Shown: positions 37,809-49,800, counted from the first letter of the stretch. The stretch is DNA of 64,000 nucleotides from Chitinophagales bacterium (GCA_016787045.1 JAEUVA010000024.1:33618-97617), one strand, 5' to 3'. A program made the numbers and translations. The notes: generated by a model not told the origin, from the letters alone.

Positions 37809-39566
37809 TTACTGCTTGGTAGCAATTCCCAATTCGTCTAACTGTTTTTTGTCAACGGGTGTTGGAGCGTCCATCATCAAATCGCGCCCACCACTGGTTT
37901 TTGGGAAAGCCATCGTATCGCGAATGGTTTCGCCACCGGTCATTAGCATGACTACGCGGTCTAAACCAAAAGCACAACCACCGTGTGGGGGCGCTCCGTA
38001 GCGAAAAGCATTGAGCATGAAACCAAACTTCTTTTCTTGCTCTTCAGGAGTTAGCCCCAAACTCTTAAATACTTTTTCCTGCACATCGTGGTTGTGAATA
38101 CGAATACTGCCCGATAGCACCTCGTTGCCATTCATCACCATGTCATACGTTTGTGCACGCACACGCAAGGGTTCGGTATCAAAGTACTGTAAATCCTCTG
38201 GGTGTGGTGAGCAGAAGGGGTGGTGAGCAAACGTAATGGCTCCGGTTTCTTCATCTTGTTCAAAGAGCGGGAAGTCCACTACCCAAAGCACGCTCCACTT
38301 GTTGGGGTCAATCCAGTTGTTGCGCTTGGCTAATTCTAATCGGAGGTCGCCTAAGCTTTTGCGCACTTTAGCGGTTTTTTCAGCCGCTATCAAAATCAGA
38401 TCCCCTTTTTGTGCGTTAAAAGCTGTACCAATTAGGCGCAGTTGTTCCTCCGTATAAAACTTATCTACCGATGATTTTACGCTGCCATCTTCATTAAACC
38501 GAATGTTGACCAAGCCGCTTAACCCACGGTGGCTAACTTTTACAAATTCCGTAAGTTCATCCAATTGTTTTCTGCTGTAGGCAGCACAGCCGCTGGCATT
38601 TAATCCGGCCACCAATCCACCATTTTGAATAGTGTTGTTGAATACCGCAAATTCTGATGAAGGCAGCATTTGATTCAATTCCACTATCGGGCAATCAAAA
38701 CGCAAATCAGGTTTATCGCTGCCATACAGGCGCAGGGCATCATCGTATTTTAAGCGATTTAACTCAGGCAATTCATAGTTTATCACCTTTTTAAATACGT
38801 GGCGAACCATTCCGCCAAAGGTTTCAAAAATATCTTCCTGGTGCACAAAGCTCATTTCGCAATCTACCTGCGTAAACTCGGGCTGGCGGTCTCCACGAAA
38901 ATCTTCATCGCGAAAACACTTTACAATTTGATAGTATCTGTCCATTCCGGCTACCATCAATAATTGTTTTAATATTTGGGGAGATTGGGGCAAGGCATAA
39001 AAGCTGCCTTCCACTAATCGTGATGGCACCAAAAAATCGCGCGCACCCTCGGGTGTACTTTTGATAAGGTTAGGCGTTTCTATTTCTATAAAATCTTTGG
39101 CATCTAAGTATTCGCGCACCGCTTTGCTAATTTGTGCACGTTTTACCAGCACATCTTTTAGCTTGGGTCTGCGAATGTCTAAGTAACGGTACTTTAAACG
39201 CAACTCTTCGCTGCCATCGGTATCGTTTTCAATCAAAAAAGGTGGCACCTCGCTGGTGTTAAGTAAGGTCAATTCATCAGCAATTATTTCTATGTTTCCT
39301 GTAGGAATGTTAGGGTTTTTGTTGGTGCGCTCGGCCACAGTGCCTTTCACTTGTATCACATATTCTCTACCCAAAGCGTTGGCTTGTTCGCACAATGGTG
39401 CATTCCGCTCCATATTAAATACCAACTGAGTGATACCGTAGCGATCGCGCAAATCCACAAAAGTCATTCCACCTAATAGCCGGTTTTTTTGTACCCATCC
39501 GCTCAGGGTTACAGTTTGGCCTACTTGGTTAAGGGTCAATTCACCACAGGTATGTGTTCTATACAT
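37809..39566 (-). CDS. aspS: Aspartate--tRNA ligase
   Basis: MYRTHTCGEL, FVDLRD, RYLDIRR, TPEGARDF, LPQSPQ..KQLLM, FRDED.R.DRQPEFTQ, HHPF, GAPPHGG..FGLDR. Confidence 0.97.
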   Translation of the reverse strand: MYRTHTCGELTLNQVGQTVTLSGWVQKNRLLGGMTFVDLRDRYGITQLVFNMERNAPLCEQANALGREYVIQVKGTVAERTNKNPNIPTGNIEIIADELTLLNTSEVPPFLIENDTDGSEELRLKYRYLDIRRPKLKDVLVKRAQISKAVREYLDAKDFIEIETPNLIKSTPEGARDFLVPSRLVEGSFYALPQSPQILKQLLMVAGMDRYYQIVKCFRDEDFRGDRQPEFTQVDCEMSFVHQEDIFETFGGMVRHVFKKVINYELPELNRLKYDDALRLYGSDKPDLRFDCPIVELNQMLPSSEFAVFNNTIQNGGLVAGLNASGCAAYSRKQLDELTEFVKVSHRGLSGLVNIRFNEDGSVKSSVDKFYTEEQLRLIGTAFNAQKGDLILIAAEKTAKVRKSLGDLRLELAKRNNWIDPNKWSVLWVVDFPLFEQDEETGAITFAHHPFCSPHPEDLQYFDTEPLRVRAQTYDMVMNGNEVLSGSIRIHNHDVQEKVFKSLGLTPEEQEKKFGFMLNAFRYGAPPHGGCAFGLDRVVMLMTGGETIRDTMAFPKTSGGRDLMMDAPTPVDKKQLDELGIATKQ

Positions 39567-39653
39567 TATTCGCTTGTTTTGAGGGGCGCAAATTAAATCC
39601 AATTCAGCCAATAGAAAACGCAAGTTTTCTAAACCTTTTTACAACGAAATGGC

Positions 39654-39661
39654 TACATTTG
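39654..39661 (+). promoter_or_regulatory. -7 promoter element TACATTTG for the large adhesin gene
   Basis: Exact TAnnTTTG 38 nt before ATG 39700; supports that start. Confidence 0.55.
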
Positions 39662-39699
39662 GCGTCTTTCATCTTTTTATAGCAAACACTTTCTTTCTG

Positions 39700-42600
39700 A
39701 TGAGGAATTTTTACTTATCGCTGTTGTTGATTTTTGGGATGTTATTTACTGCCAACCAAGTTAGTGCTTCGCACGTGATGGGAGCAGATATGGAGTATGA
39801 GTGCCTTGGCAATAATCAATACCGGGTAACTCTTCGCATTTATCGCGATTGTTGCGGTATCAGTATGTCTTCTTCAGTGCAGATGCAAGTGCTCAACACC
39901 TGTACAAACGCATCGTCCACGGTTACTCTAAATCAACAACCCGGCTCCGGTGTAGAAGTATCGCAACTTTGCCCATCTCAACTAAATCAAAGTGTTTGTA
40001 ACTCAGGTGTTACCTGCCCGGCCAATCCCTCCGGAAATCCGGCTACATACCCGGGGGTTCGTGTACACATTTATCAGGCCATTGTTACTCTAAATGGCCA
40101 ATGTAACAGTTGGCTTTTGCGCTGGAACGAGTGCTGCCGAAATAATGCCGTTAATAATATTCCGAATGCCAGTGGTACAGGAATAGGCATTGTGGCAATG
40201 ATAAACAATACCAATGACCCAGCTACGGGACAACCGTATTGCAACAATTCTGTGGCCTTCTCTACATTGCCGGTGCCGTTCATTTGTCTCAACTCTCCGT
40301 TCACGTTTAATAATGGTGGGGTAGATGTAAACGGGGACTCTCTCTTTTACCAACTCATTAACCCACTAAACGATACATACGGCAACGTTAACTTCAATGC
40401 CGGGTGGAGTGTTACTCAGCCGGTACGAACCACTCCGGCCAATAGTTTTCAATTTAGTTCCAGCTCCGGGCAAATGGCTTTTACTCCCGGTTTTTTAGAA
40501 GTAGATGTATTAGCCATGCGCGCTAATGAATACAAGAACGGTGTATTGGTGGGCTATACCATGCGCGATATTCAGGTTACCGTACTGCCATGTGTGGTAT
40601 CTACACCGGCTCAGCAGCCAATAACTAACCTACAAAATGGCAATCAGGTAGATTCGCTAAAAGTGCAAGTTTGCCCCGGTACTCCTTTGCAGTTTGATAT
40701 CTTGTGTATAGATCCGGCTAATCACAATCTTACAGTTACCAGCAATATCAATGCCTCTCCTTCGGCTATTCCGGGTGCCTCTATCACACAAATAGGTACC
40801 GGAGATTCGGTATTGGCTCGGCTGCAATGGACGCCATTAGCCAGCGATACCGGTTGTAAAAACTTTACGATTAACGCTAAAAATGACGACTGTCCCATTA
40901 ATGGGCAGCAGGTTAAGGTATATACGATTTGTGTGTTTACTAAAGTGCAGTTGCTGTCGGCAAGCCCCACCTTTTGTGGTACTCCGGTGCAACTTACCGC
41001 CAGCGGAGGTACAGGTTATGTGTGGACTCCTTCTACCGGTCCTAATGCGGTTTCTAATCCCAATATTTTAAATCCTACGGTTTCGCCCACCAGCAATCAG
41101 ATGTATTACTTCAGCAGCGATTGCGGCACGGATAGTGTTTTTGTTAAATCTGATCCTCCATTTTTATATGATGCCGGCCCCGGTGGCAGTATTTGCCAAA
41201 ATGGTCAATTGCAACTGAATGGGTTTACCGATAATTTATATGGGCCATATACATACAAATGGGTGCCAAGTACCGGTTTACAAGACCCGGTTTCGGGCTT
41301 GCCAAACGATTCTATCCTCAACCCGGTAGCGGCTCCACTCGCTACCACTAAGTACAAACTATATATCACCGGCACTAATGGCTGTACTAATGTAGATTCA
41401 GTAACCGTAAATGTAGCAGGCACCGGCCCGTCTATTGTAGTTAAAGCACAACCTGCCAATGTATGCCCTAACGACCCCGTACAGTTAAATATTTTTACTA
41501 ATCCAAATAACTGCGGCATCAGTCAAGCGCCCTGCACCGGCAATGTGCAGCAAGGCCAAGTGGGTATAGGTACAGGTCAAACTCCGCCCGGTTCAGCTAC
41601 TGGATATCCAACAGTTTATGGTCATTACAGCAACAGTGCACGGCACCAGTTTTTGTTTTTGGCCAGTGAGTTGCTTAGCCAGTTTCCATCAGGTGGAGAG
41701 ATAAGAAGTTTGTCCTTCAACGTAACGCAGATAAACACTGCCAACGATACCATCAAAAATTTTGAGATAAAATTAGGTTGCACCTCTGCTACTTCGCTAA
41801 GCACTTGGCAACCCAATTTGGTTACGGTGTTTTCGCCCAAAAGCATAGCCATGGGGCCCACTACTAACACCGGCTGGAAAACACATACATTTGATTTTCC
41901 ATACAACTGGGATGGGGTGTCTAACTTAGTGGTTGACATATGTTTTAATAACCCTACCGGCTCGGTGCTCAATGCCAAAATGCAAATGACACCTACTACC
42001 TTCAACTCTGTTTATTTTTCTAAAGGAAATACAACCCAATGCGGTACAACAGGTACACCAACGGTAAGCGTTAATCGGCCAAACACACAGTTTAATATGT
42101 GTATTACCGATGTATCGGGTATGCCTATTGTTTGGACCCCCGGTACAGGACCTAATGCGCCTACTCCGGCAGTTAACTCCACTAACCCCATAGCTAATCC
42201 TGTAACACCAGTTATTTATTATGCCGATGTAACAGCGCCTAACGGATGTGTGAGCAAAAATTACAAGTTGGTAAATGTAGATACCTCGCTCCGCTTTTTT
42301 GCCTTTCCTGCGGATACATTTTTCTGTAATCCTACCCAAGTGCAACTTACTACCCAAACAGTTGGTTTGCCATTGCCGGGGCAGCAGTTCAGTTACGAGT
42401 TTAGAAACTTATCTACTAACACTGTTTTGCAAAACAATGCTACCAACAGTTTGACGGTGAATCCTACTACCACCACCTCGTATTTAGTTACGCTCAATGG
42501 TGGTGCCTGTGTTATACGTGATACTGTTCGTGTGGTGATTGGCAATAGCATACCGGTAAATCTGGTAGTGGATAGTATCCGCTGTTTTGGACAAGCTAAC

Positions 42601-45372
42601 GGCAAAATAAAAGCAGTACCCAACGGTGGCACTGCGCCAATACAGTACAACTGGAGTACCGGTGCCATTATAGACTCTATTATAAATCTGGCCCCAAATA
42701 CTTATTCTGTAACTGTGCAAGACGCCATCGGCTGTACAGGCAGTGCCACTTTTAACCTTACACAACCTACTCAATTGGTACTGAATACGGCCACTCAAAA
42801 CGCAAGTTGTTTTGGGGGAAGCAACGGAAGTATCAACCTGAACCCATCTGGCGGCACACCAAATTATACCGTACAGTGGAGCCCGGCTCAGCCACCCGCT
42901 ACGAGCATCAATGGCTTAACACAAGGCACTTACAACGCTACTGTAACTGATAGCAAGGGATGTACGGTTACTTCATCACAAAACATATCTCAACCTACAC
43001 AACTTACGGTTAGTATTAGCTCAACCAATGTATCAGTAAATGGTGGAAGTGATGGTACAGCCACGGCTACAGCGCAGGGTGGAACACCAAACTACACATA
43101 TAATTGGAGCAACGGTGCTACCGGTGCCACCATTAGCAGCTTACCTTTTGGTAATTATTGTGTAACCGCTACCGATCAAAACAACTGTACTGCTACAGCA
43201 TGTGTGAGCATTACACAACCACCACCCATAGTTTTAAATTTCAATACAACAAACAACGCCTGCTTTGGCGATTGCAACGGTACGGCATCTGTAAGCGCTA
43301 CTGGAGGTACCTCTCCATATACATTTGCATGGAGTAATGGAATAAATGGAAATAGCATCAGTAACTTGTGTGCGGGTAATTACATCGTTACAGCTACCGA
43401 CAGCTCAGGGGCATCTGTAACGGGTACTGTAAACATCAGCGCACCTACACAGGTTAGTGTAGCTATTAATTCTACAAACATCACTTGTTTTGGTGCAAAC
43501 AATGGAGCTGCTATTGCTGTAGCTACAGGCGGTACAAGCGGCTACAGCTATTTGTGGAGCAATGGAAACGCTACTGCAAGCATCAGCAACCTTGCACCCA
43601 ATACGTACAGCGTAACCGCTACTGATGCTAATAATTGCACTGCCAGCGCCACTTGGACAGCCGTAGAGCCACCACAACTTACTCTCAGTATTTCATCTAC
43701 TACCGATGTGAGTTGTTTTGGAGGAAACAATGGTACCGCAACTGCCAATGCCAACGGAGGCACTCCGGGCTATACTTTCAATTGGTCACAAATAGGAAGT
43801 ACAGGTAATAGCAGTGTGGCCAATGGTTTTGCTGCTACTAACCATACGGTAACTGTAACCGATGTGCCGGGTTGTACAGCCACGGCCTCATTCACCATCA
43901 ATCAACCCACCGCATTGCTGGTAAATGTGGCATCGGTAACTAATGCTACTTGCTTTGGCGCTGCCAATGGTGTGGTAGATATTAATGTAAATGGAGGTAC
44001 TACTCCGTATGTTTTCTTGTGGAGCAACAGCAACACTACCGAGGATTTGAATGGTGTGACAGCCAACAATTATTCAGTAGTAGTAACCGATGCCAAACAA
44101 TGTACTGCTACCACATCGGCTATTATAAATCAACCCACACAAATTGTACTCACTTTTACCCATACCGACCCGCTTTGCAACGGTGATGCCAATGGCTCAG
44201 TAAGCGTAACAGCCACAGGCGGTACTCCCGGGTACAATTATGCGTGGTCATACAATCCATCGCCCAATAGCAACCTTTTACAAGGCATACCGGCAGGTAC
44301 ATATACTGTAATAGTTGCAGATATAAATAACTGCACAGTAACGGGTAATGAAACCGTAACTGACCCGGCCACACTCACAGCTGCTCTGATAAACAAAGTA
44401 GAAATTAGTTGTGCCAATGCAGCCGATGGCAGCATAGAGGTAAGCGCCAGTGGTGGAGTTACTCCGTACTACTACAATTGGAGCCACGGCCCAACTCAAT
44501 CTGCGGTTAGCAACCTTGCTCCAGGGGTATATGATGTAACCGTGCGCGATTTCAATAATTGTAGTGTGGTGTTGAATACCACATTTACTGCACCGGCACC
44601 TGTGGCAGTGGCATCGCTCATCATAGATTCTGTGAGTTGTCCGGGATATACAGATGGATGGTTGCAAATTTCGGCTATTGGTGGCACGCCATCACCCACT
44701 TTTGGGTATGAGTATTCTGTGAATGGCGGAGCTTTTCAAACCGCTCAGGTATTTGATAACCTAAAGGCAGGTGCATACAAAGTAACCATCCGCGATGGCA
44801 AAGGATGCACTAAAGACACCACTGTGTATGTGTATGAGCCACAGCAACTTTCATTAGACATAATGCCTAAAGACAGTATGATTGATTTGGGCACATCTAT
44901 TACGCTGGTTTCTAATATACCTAACTATAGCGGAAGTAGTATCAACTATTACACATGGAGTCCGCTTACAGGCATAACTTGTGCCGATTGTGCCTCAACC
45001 ATTGCCACCCCTTATACACACACTGCTTATACTTTAACAGTAAATTATTTACAGAATTGCAGCGTTTCGCAAACGGTAAGCGTCTATGTAGAGCCGGGTG
45101 ACGATTTTTTTGTGCCTAATGCATTTTCGCCAAACGGTGACGGCAACAATGACGTTCTTGTAGTTTATGGTAGTGGCATAGCCAAAGTGGACTTGAAAAT
45201 TTTTAATCGTTGGGGCGAATTGATTTTTGACTCACAAAACCAGTGGGCCGGTTGGGATGGTACCTACAAAGGTGTAGTACAAAACCCCGGAGTATATACG
45301 TATCAGGTGGTGGCTACTTACTTAAATGGCAAGGTGCACCAGAAAAAAGGAACTATTACTATTTTGCGATAA
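39700..45372 (+). CDS. Large SprB-repeat adhesin-like protein with type B (gliding motility-associated) CTD
   Basis: MRNFY signal peptide + SHVMGADMEY; about 10 SprB repeats (C.G...G.......GGT..Y.Y.WS.G); CTD VPNAFSPNGDGNND...NRWGE...GWDG...GVYTY. Confidence 0.88.
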   Translation: MRNFYLSLLLIFGMLFTANQVSASHVMGADMEYECLGNNQYRVTLRIYRDCCGISMSSSVQMQVLNTCTNASSTVTLNQQPGSGVEVSQLCPSQLNQSVCNSGVTCPANPSGNPATYPGVRVHIYQAIVTLNGQCNSWLLRWNECCRNNAVNNIPNASGTGIGIVAMINNTNDPATGQPYCNNSVAFSTLPVPFICLNSPFTFNNGGVDVNGDSLFYQLINPLNDTYGNVNFNAGWSVTQPVRTTPANSFQFSSSSGQMAFTPGFLEVDVLAMRANEYKNGVLVGYTMRDIQVTVLPCVVSTPAQQPITNLQNGNQVDSLKVQVCPGTPLQFDILCIDPANHNLTVTSNINASPSAIPGASITQIGTGDSVLARLQWTPLASDTGCKNFTINAKNDDCPINGQQVKVYTICVFTKVQLLSASPTFCGTPVQLTASGGTGYVWTPSTGPNAVSNPNILNPTVSPTSNQMYYFSSDCGTDSVFVKSDPPFLYDAGPGGSICQNGQLQLNGFTDNLYGPYTYKWVPSTGLQDPVSGLPNDSILNPVAAPLATTKYKLYITGTNGCTNVDSVTVNVAGTGPSIVVKAQPANVCPNDPVQLNIFTNPNNCGISQAPCTGNVQQGQVGIGTGQTPPGSATGYPTVYGHYSNSARHQFLFLASELLSQFPSGGEIRSLSFNVTQINTANDTIKNFEIKLGCTSATSLSTWQPNLVTVFSPKSIAMGPTTNTGWKTHTFDFPYNWDGVSNLVVDICFNNPTGSVLNAKMQMTPTTFNSVYFSKGNTTQCGTTGTPTVSVNRPNTQFNMCITDVSGMPIVWTPGTGPNAPTPAVNSTNPIANPVTPVIYYADVTAPNGCVSKNYKLVNVDTSLRFFAFPADTFFCNPTQVQLTTQTVGLPLPGQQFSYEFRNLSTNTVLQNNATNSLTVNPTTTTSYLVTLNGGACVIRDTVRVVIGNSIPVNLVVDSIRCFGQANGKIKAVPNGGTAPIQYNWSTGAIIDSIINLAPNTYSVTVQDAIGCTGSATFNLTQPTQLVLNTATQNASCFGGSNGSINLNPSGGTPNYTVQWSPAQPPATSINGLTQGTYNATVTDSKGCTVTSSQNISQPTQLTVSISSTNVSVNGGSDGTATATAQGGTPNYTYNWSNGATGATISSLPFGNYCVTATDQNNCTATACVSITQPPPIVLNFNTTNNACFGDCNGTASVSATGGTSPYTFAWSNGINGNSISNLCAGNYIVTATDSSGASVTGTVNISAPTQVSVAINSTNITCFGANNGAAIAVATGGTSGYSYLWSNGNATASISNLAPNTYSVTATDANNCTASATWTAVEPPQLTLSISSTTDVSCFGGNNGTATANANGGTPGYTFNWSQIGSTGNSSVANGFAATNHTVTVTDVPGCTATASFTINQPTALLVNVASVTNATCFGAANGVVDINVNGGTTPYVFLWSNSNTTEDLNGVTANNYSVVVTDAKQCTATTSAIINQPTQIVLTFTHTDPLCNGDANGSVSVTATGGTPGYNYAWSYNPSPNSNLLQGIPAGTYTVIVADINNCTVTGNETVTDPATLTAALINKVEISCANAADGSIEVSASGGVTPYYYNWSHGPTQSAVSNLAPGVYDVTVRDFNNCSVVLNTTFTAPAPVAVASLIIDSVSCPGYTDGWLQISAIGGTPSPTFGYEYSVNGGAFQTAQVFDNLKAGAYKVTIRDGKGCTKDTTVYVYEPQQLSLDIMPKDSMIDLGTSITLVSNIPNYSGSSINYYTWSPLTGITCADCASTIATPYTHTAYTLTVNYLQNCSVSQTVSVYVEPGDDFFVPNAFSPNGDGNNDVLVVYGSGIAKVDLKIFNRWGELIFDSQNQWAGWDGTYKGVVQNPGVYTYQVVATYLNGKVHQKKGTITILR

Positions 45373-45508
45373 GCAAAAAATAGAGTTGTATTGAAACATT
45401 TGAATTGATTTGGCAGTAAAAGGCAAGTGGAACCCTTAAAATATTCCGCAAAAATTTTTTCGGAATCAAATTTTTATACTTTTAAACCATCACAAAAAAC
45501 CGGGATTA

Positions 45509-46579
45509 ATGAAGAAGTTTTTACCAATCTTGTTAGTAGCCCTGAGCATTTTGAAGGCAAATGCGCAGGATCCTCACTTTTCGCAATTTTACATGACACC
45601 GCTTTATCTCAACCCCGGTCTTACCGGTGCGTTTGATGGCAACTATCGCCTCACCGCGCTATTTCGCGGCCAATGGGGCGAGGTGTTGCGCAACGAAAGC
45701 GTGCCCATGTACCGTACTTATACCGCCAGTGCAGATTTTAGAACAAACAAGGGCTTTGGCAAAGGCGATGCCTTTGGTTTTGGTGCCTCTTTTATGGGCG
45801 ACCAAGCCGGTGAATCTAAATTTGGATTCAACAGTGGAGGGCTGTCTTTAGCATACCACAAAGCACTCAACTCACGTGCAACTAATTTTTTGACATTAGG
45901 ATTTTCGTCCAGCATCTATCAGCAAACTATTGATTTTAGCCGACTGCAATTTGGCAGCCAGTGGGATGGTAACGCCTACAATGCCTTGTTGCCTACCAAC
46001 GAGTTTTTGGTAAACAACCGCTTTTTGTACTGGGATGTAAATGCCGGTATGTTGTGGTATATGAAAGTGGCTAAGCGCACCAGTGTATATGTTGGCGCTT
46101 CTGCGTTCCACATTAACCGTCCGTCTATCTCTTTCTTAGGCGATAAGAATGTACGCTTGAACATGAAATTTGTAGGCCATGGTGGTGTTCGTTTCCCGCT
46201 CAAAGGCCGCTTTGACATGCAACCCAAGTTTATTGTGATGTTCCAAGGCAAGAGCATAGAAACCATTCTGGCTACCGACTTCCGCATATTGTTTGAAGAG
46301 CGCTACCCCGAAGGCAACCACATGCGCTTTGGTGCTATGATGCGCCTTGTAGGTGGCGATGCAAATGCACCATGGAGAGATAAGCGCTTGAATGCTGAAG
46401 CGGTAATTTTAAATGCCGGTGTGGTATTTAATGGATTAGAAGTAGGTGTAGCGTACGATGTAAACGTAAGCCAGCTGATTGGCGGCTCTCGCGGCCGTGG
46501 CGGATTTGAAGTAGGTTTGGCTTATGTAGGTGCATGGAAGAAGAGAGGTCCGCAGACGATTTACTGTCCTCGTTTTTAA
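45509..46579 (+). CDS. PorP/SprF family T9SS outer-membrane protein
   Basis: AQDPHFSQFY..PL.LNP..TG, R.QW, HINRP, AYD, FEV; directly downstream of a type B CTD gene. Confidence 0.9.
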   Translation: MKKFLPILLVALSILKANAQDPHFSQFYMTPLYLNPGLTGAFDGNYRLTALFRGQWGEVLRNESVPMYRTYTASADFRTNKGFGKGDAFGFGASFMGDQAGESKFGFNSGGLSLAYHKALNSRATNFLTLGFSSSIYQQTIDFSRLQFGSQWDGNAYNALLPTNEFLVNNRFLYWDVNAGMLWYMKVAKRTSVYVGASAFHINRPSISFLGDKNVRLNMKFVGHGGVRFPLKGRFDMQPKFIVMFQGKSIETILATDFRILFEERYPEGNHMRFGAMMRLVGGDANAPWRDKRLNAEAVILNAGVVFNGLEVGVAYDVNVSQLIGGSRGRGGFEVGLAYVGAWKKRGPQTIYCPRF

Positions 46580-46601
46580 GATTATTAATCTAAATAATAT
46601 C

Positions 46602-46632
46602 AAAAAGCCCCTCACAAAAGAGGGGCTTTTTT
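46602..46632. terminator. Bidirectional intrinsic terminator
   Basis: AAAAAGCCCCTC-ACAAAA-GAGGGGCTTTTTT between convergent genes. Confidence 0.85.
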
Positions 46633-46818
46633 GTTTGTAGTTGGTGGTCGGCTTCGCGTGTTTTAAGGAGTCACTGCGGGCTTTGCGGTTAGTTTGCTTT
46701 GCTTTAAGAGTACATGCTTTGAGGTAGAATGAGTTTAGAGAGTTATTGCTAAACCTCCGGCTCTTTATTTAGGCATACATTACTTAGCATCGGTGCTGTC
46801 TTCTTTCAGAAAAAATTG

Positions 46819-49800
46819 CTACCTAAACCCAATCTGCTTGCTATCTGCCTCAGCAACTTTATTGACAAACTCACGAAACTGTTCATACTCAGCGGCAGGC
46901 AATACATCTTTTTTAATTTTTAGCTCGCGTACCGCTTTGAGTTTACCGGCCGTGGCAGTGGAGTAGGTAAGCGAGTAATCGGCCACAGAACAACTGAGCG
47001 AAACATTTTTAGGTGTTTCGGCCAGTGTTTTTCCTTTGGGGATTTCAATGTTCATGGTTTCGCGGTTCACCTCATCGGCCCGCCAGTACCAAATCAAAAA
47101 CGGATGGTCGCGTTTTTCTTGTGATAAAAAATCTAAAGAGCGGATGCCTTCGCTCCACGGTATGCGCAATATTTTGATGCCGACCACTTCGGTCAGTTCA
47201 TTTTTTACGGTAATGGCGTAAATATAGTTTACAGAGTCAGATAATGATTTTAGATCATTAAACACCAGCGTAGAAAGTTTGGTAGGGTTGGTAAAGTCAG
47301 CAGCTACGGCCTGAGTAATTACCTTCTCTTGCTTGTCTTTACCGAGGTCGGCATAGTCGTTACGCATTTGCGAAGCCAGCGCACCGGTTTTGGTGTTTTT
47401 GCGGCTGAGCGAGAGGTCGTTGTTATCAAACTTAATATTTGTTTCTCTGATAATGTGATTAGGTACGCGGTTGACGTTGTTGAGCTTCATTAGTTTTTCA
47501 GCAGCCGCATCGCCATCGCGCGGGATGAATAGTGCATTGGAGTTAATATCTGTAAACGGAAGAGAAGCAAAAGACAAACGCTGGTCTGTCAATTCAATAA
47601 AATATGTTTTGCCGCCAGAGGTGAGTTGCGCAATGCAATGGTTAAAGTCAATGCTTGGTAACGTAAGGTGTTCATCGCCATTATCGCGGGTGTCTACTAA
47701 AATAAGGTTGGCTTTTAGACCGACCTCTTTACACATAGCTACAAAGAGTGTGGCCACATCTTTGCAGTCGCCCAGCTTGGTGGTAAGTGTGCGCGATGCC
47801 TTTTGAGGAATAATAGGCCCGTGCATAAACGGTACGCTGCTGTAGCTTACATTTTGTTCAATAAACTCGTAAATCAGTTTTGCTTTCTGAATTTCGGATA
47901 GATTTTTTTTGTCTTTAAACAGTTCATTCACCGCTTCTTTGATTACAAAATCGGTTTTTGCTAAAGAGGAAGATAAATCGGAGTACCAGTTGCTTACAAA
48001 CTTCCAATCGGGTAGGGTGGTGATGTGCAATACAGCGCCCACATCGGCTAATGTGCTCATGTACGGTTCCGGCTCTATGGCGGGTTGGTTGTTCATTTCC
48101 CACACATACAATTTCATATCATCAACATCTTTAATGCTTTCTTTTACAGCCGTGGCACGAAGAGTTTTGTGTTTAAACGCTTTGGCAGCAGGAATCAACA
48201 AACTATACCGCGCAACTTTAGAGGGAAACTCGTAGTTAAAGTTAAACTGCTCCCAAAAGTGTTGTGCCAGTTTGCCGGTATTGTAGTTTTCCATGCGGTA
48301 CGAAACGTGTATGGCATCGCCCACTTCTAAGTTGGTAAACACAATATAGGCCTGATTTTTTTCGGCTTGTATTTTATTGCCGTCTTTTTTAATTACCTCG
48401 GCCTTATCAATCACTAATCGCTGGCTGTATTGATTAAAACCAATAGAGTATTCTTTCCATATATCTATACCCGCCTGATTGAGTATCTTTATGAGTACTT
48501 CTACACGCTCTTCGGTTGCTCCTTCGGGATATACTACGCGCTGCACTTCGTTGAGCAGCACTATGCTATTATCTTCCGGATAATTTTTGCTGCCCGAAGA
48601 TTTTTTAAAAAGTTCGTAGGCATCGGTCTTCTCAAAATTTTCAAAAAGGTCTTTTTTGCCCTCTAATTTGCGGAGTTGTTTGCGGGCTTCGTAATTGGTG
48701 GGGGTGTAGTAAATAGCTTTTTTGAAATCTTCTTTGGCTCCTTCTTCATTACCTAAAGCGCGTTTTACTTTACCGGTTTTAAACCAATATGAACCAATGA
48801 AAGGGGCAAATTCCAATTGCTTTTCTGCCCACTTTTGCGCGTTGTTGTAATCTTGCGCGTTATAGTACAAGTCAGCTAAATCGCCATAGTAACCAATGCT
48901 ATACGGAAAATCTTCTACACGTTGCTGATAGAGTTGGTAGGCCTCGGCATTCTTCCCTAATTTGAAGTAGTTATCTGCAAGGGTGGTCAACACCTTATCG
49001 CTATAGTTGCGTTTTTGGTACTCGGTCAAAATCTTATTGGCATTGTTCAGGTCTTTGCTGGCACTCATCTCTAATTGATAGTTTACCGCCATTAAATCAT
49101 AGTTATCGGGGTACTTGGCATATAGCTCTTTTGCAGAAGTAGTCAACTTATCGTATCGCTTGCGATTAATCAGTAGATTGAGTTCTTGAATGTCTGTAAA
49201 CTCATTTTTGCCATATAGTGTTTTTATCTTCTCTAAAATTTTTTCTGCTTCATCATAATCTTCGCGCTCGTTAGCTTCATCCAAAAGTCCTTTTAGCGAG
49301 TAAACATTTTCGGGGTCAGTAGATTTAATTTTTTCATATTCTTTGGTCAGGTCAGTTACGTTTTTATCGCGGGCAAATGCCTCCGTTAATATTCTGCTTA
49401 CAAAGGTGCTGTTAGGGGCAAGTTCTTTTGCTTTTTTGAGCACTTTTCGCGCCTCATACACTTTATCGTTACGCATATACACCTGTGCCAGCAAAATGTA
49501 ATGGCTGATTTTTTCCGGCTCAGTTTTGATTTTGTTTTCAAAAAAATCTTCCGCAAAAACAGGGTAAGATTGAACCGTGTATTCTTCGGCTTTGGTATAT
49601 GGTTGGTATTCGGGCTTCACCGAAATGCCCGTAATGATGTTGCCCTCCTTATCGGTAACGCGGAGCATAAAGTTGGCGTTCTCTGTTTCGCTTTCGCCTA
49701 TCTGTATCAGCACACGGTTATAGCCGTTTTTCAGTTTTGCATTGTTAATGTAGATGTCTAAATCGCAATTGCGCTCGTCACTTATATTAGAAATAAGTTT

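Noticed and set aside
42550-44820. Roughly 225-bp periodic repeats as a possible CRISPR array or DGR template/variable pair (also 61450-64000)
   Set aside because: They are degenerate protein-coding SprB repeats. There are no identical direct repeats with spacers, no adenine-specific mismatch pattern that I could see, and no reverse transcriptase or cas genes.
46633-46818. G/T-rich intergenic stretch as a possible ncRNA or small ORF
   Set aside because: Only tiny ORFs, and no tRNA or known RNA motif or convincing stem visible.
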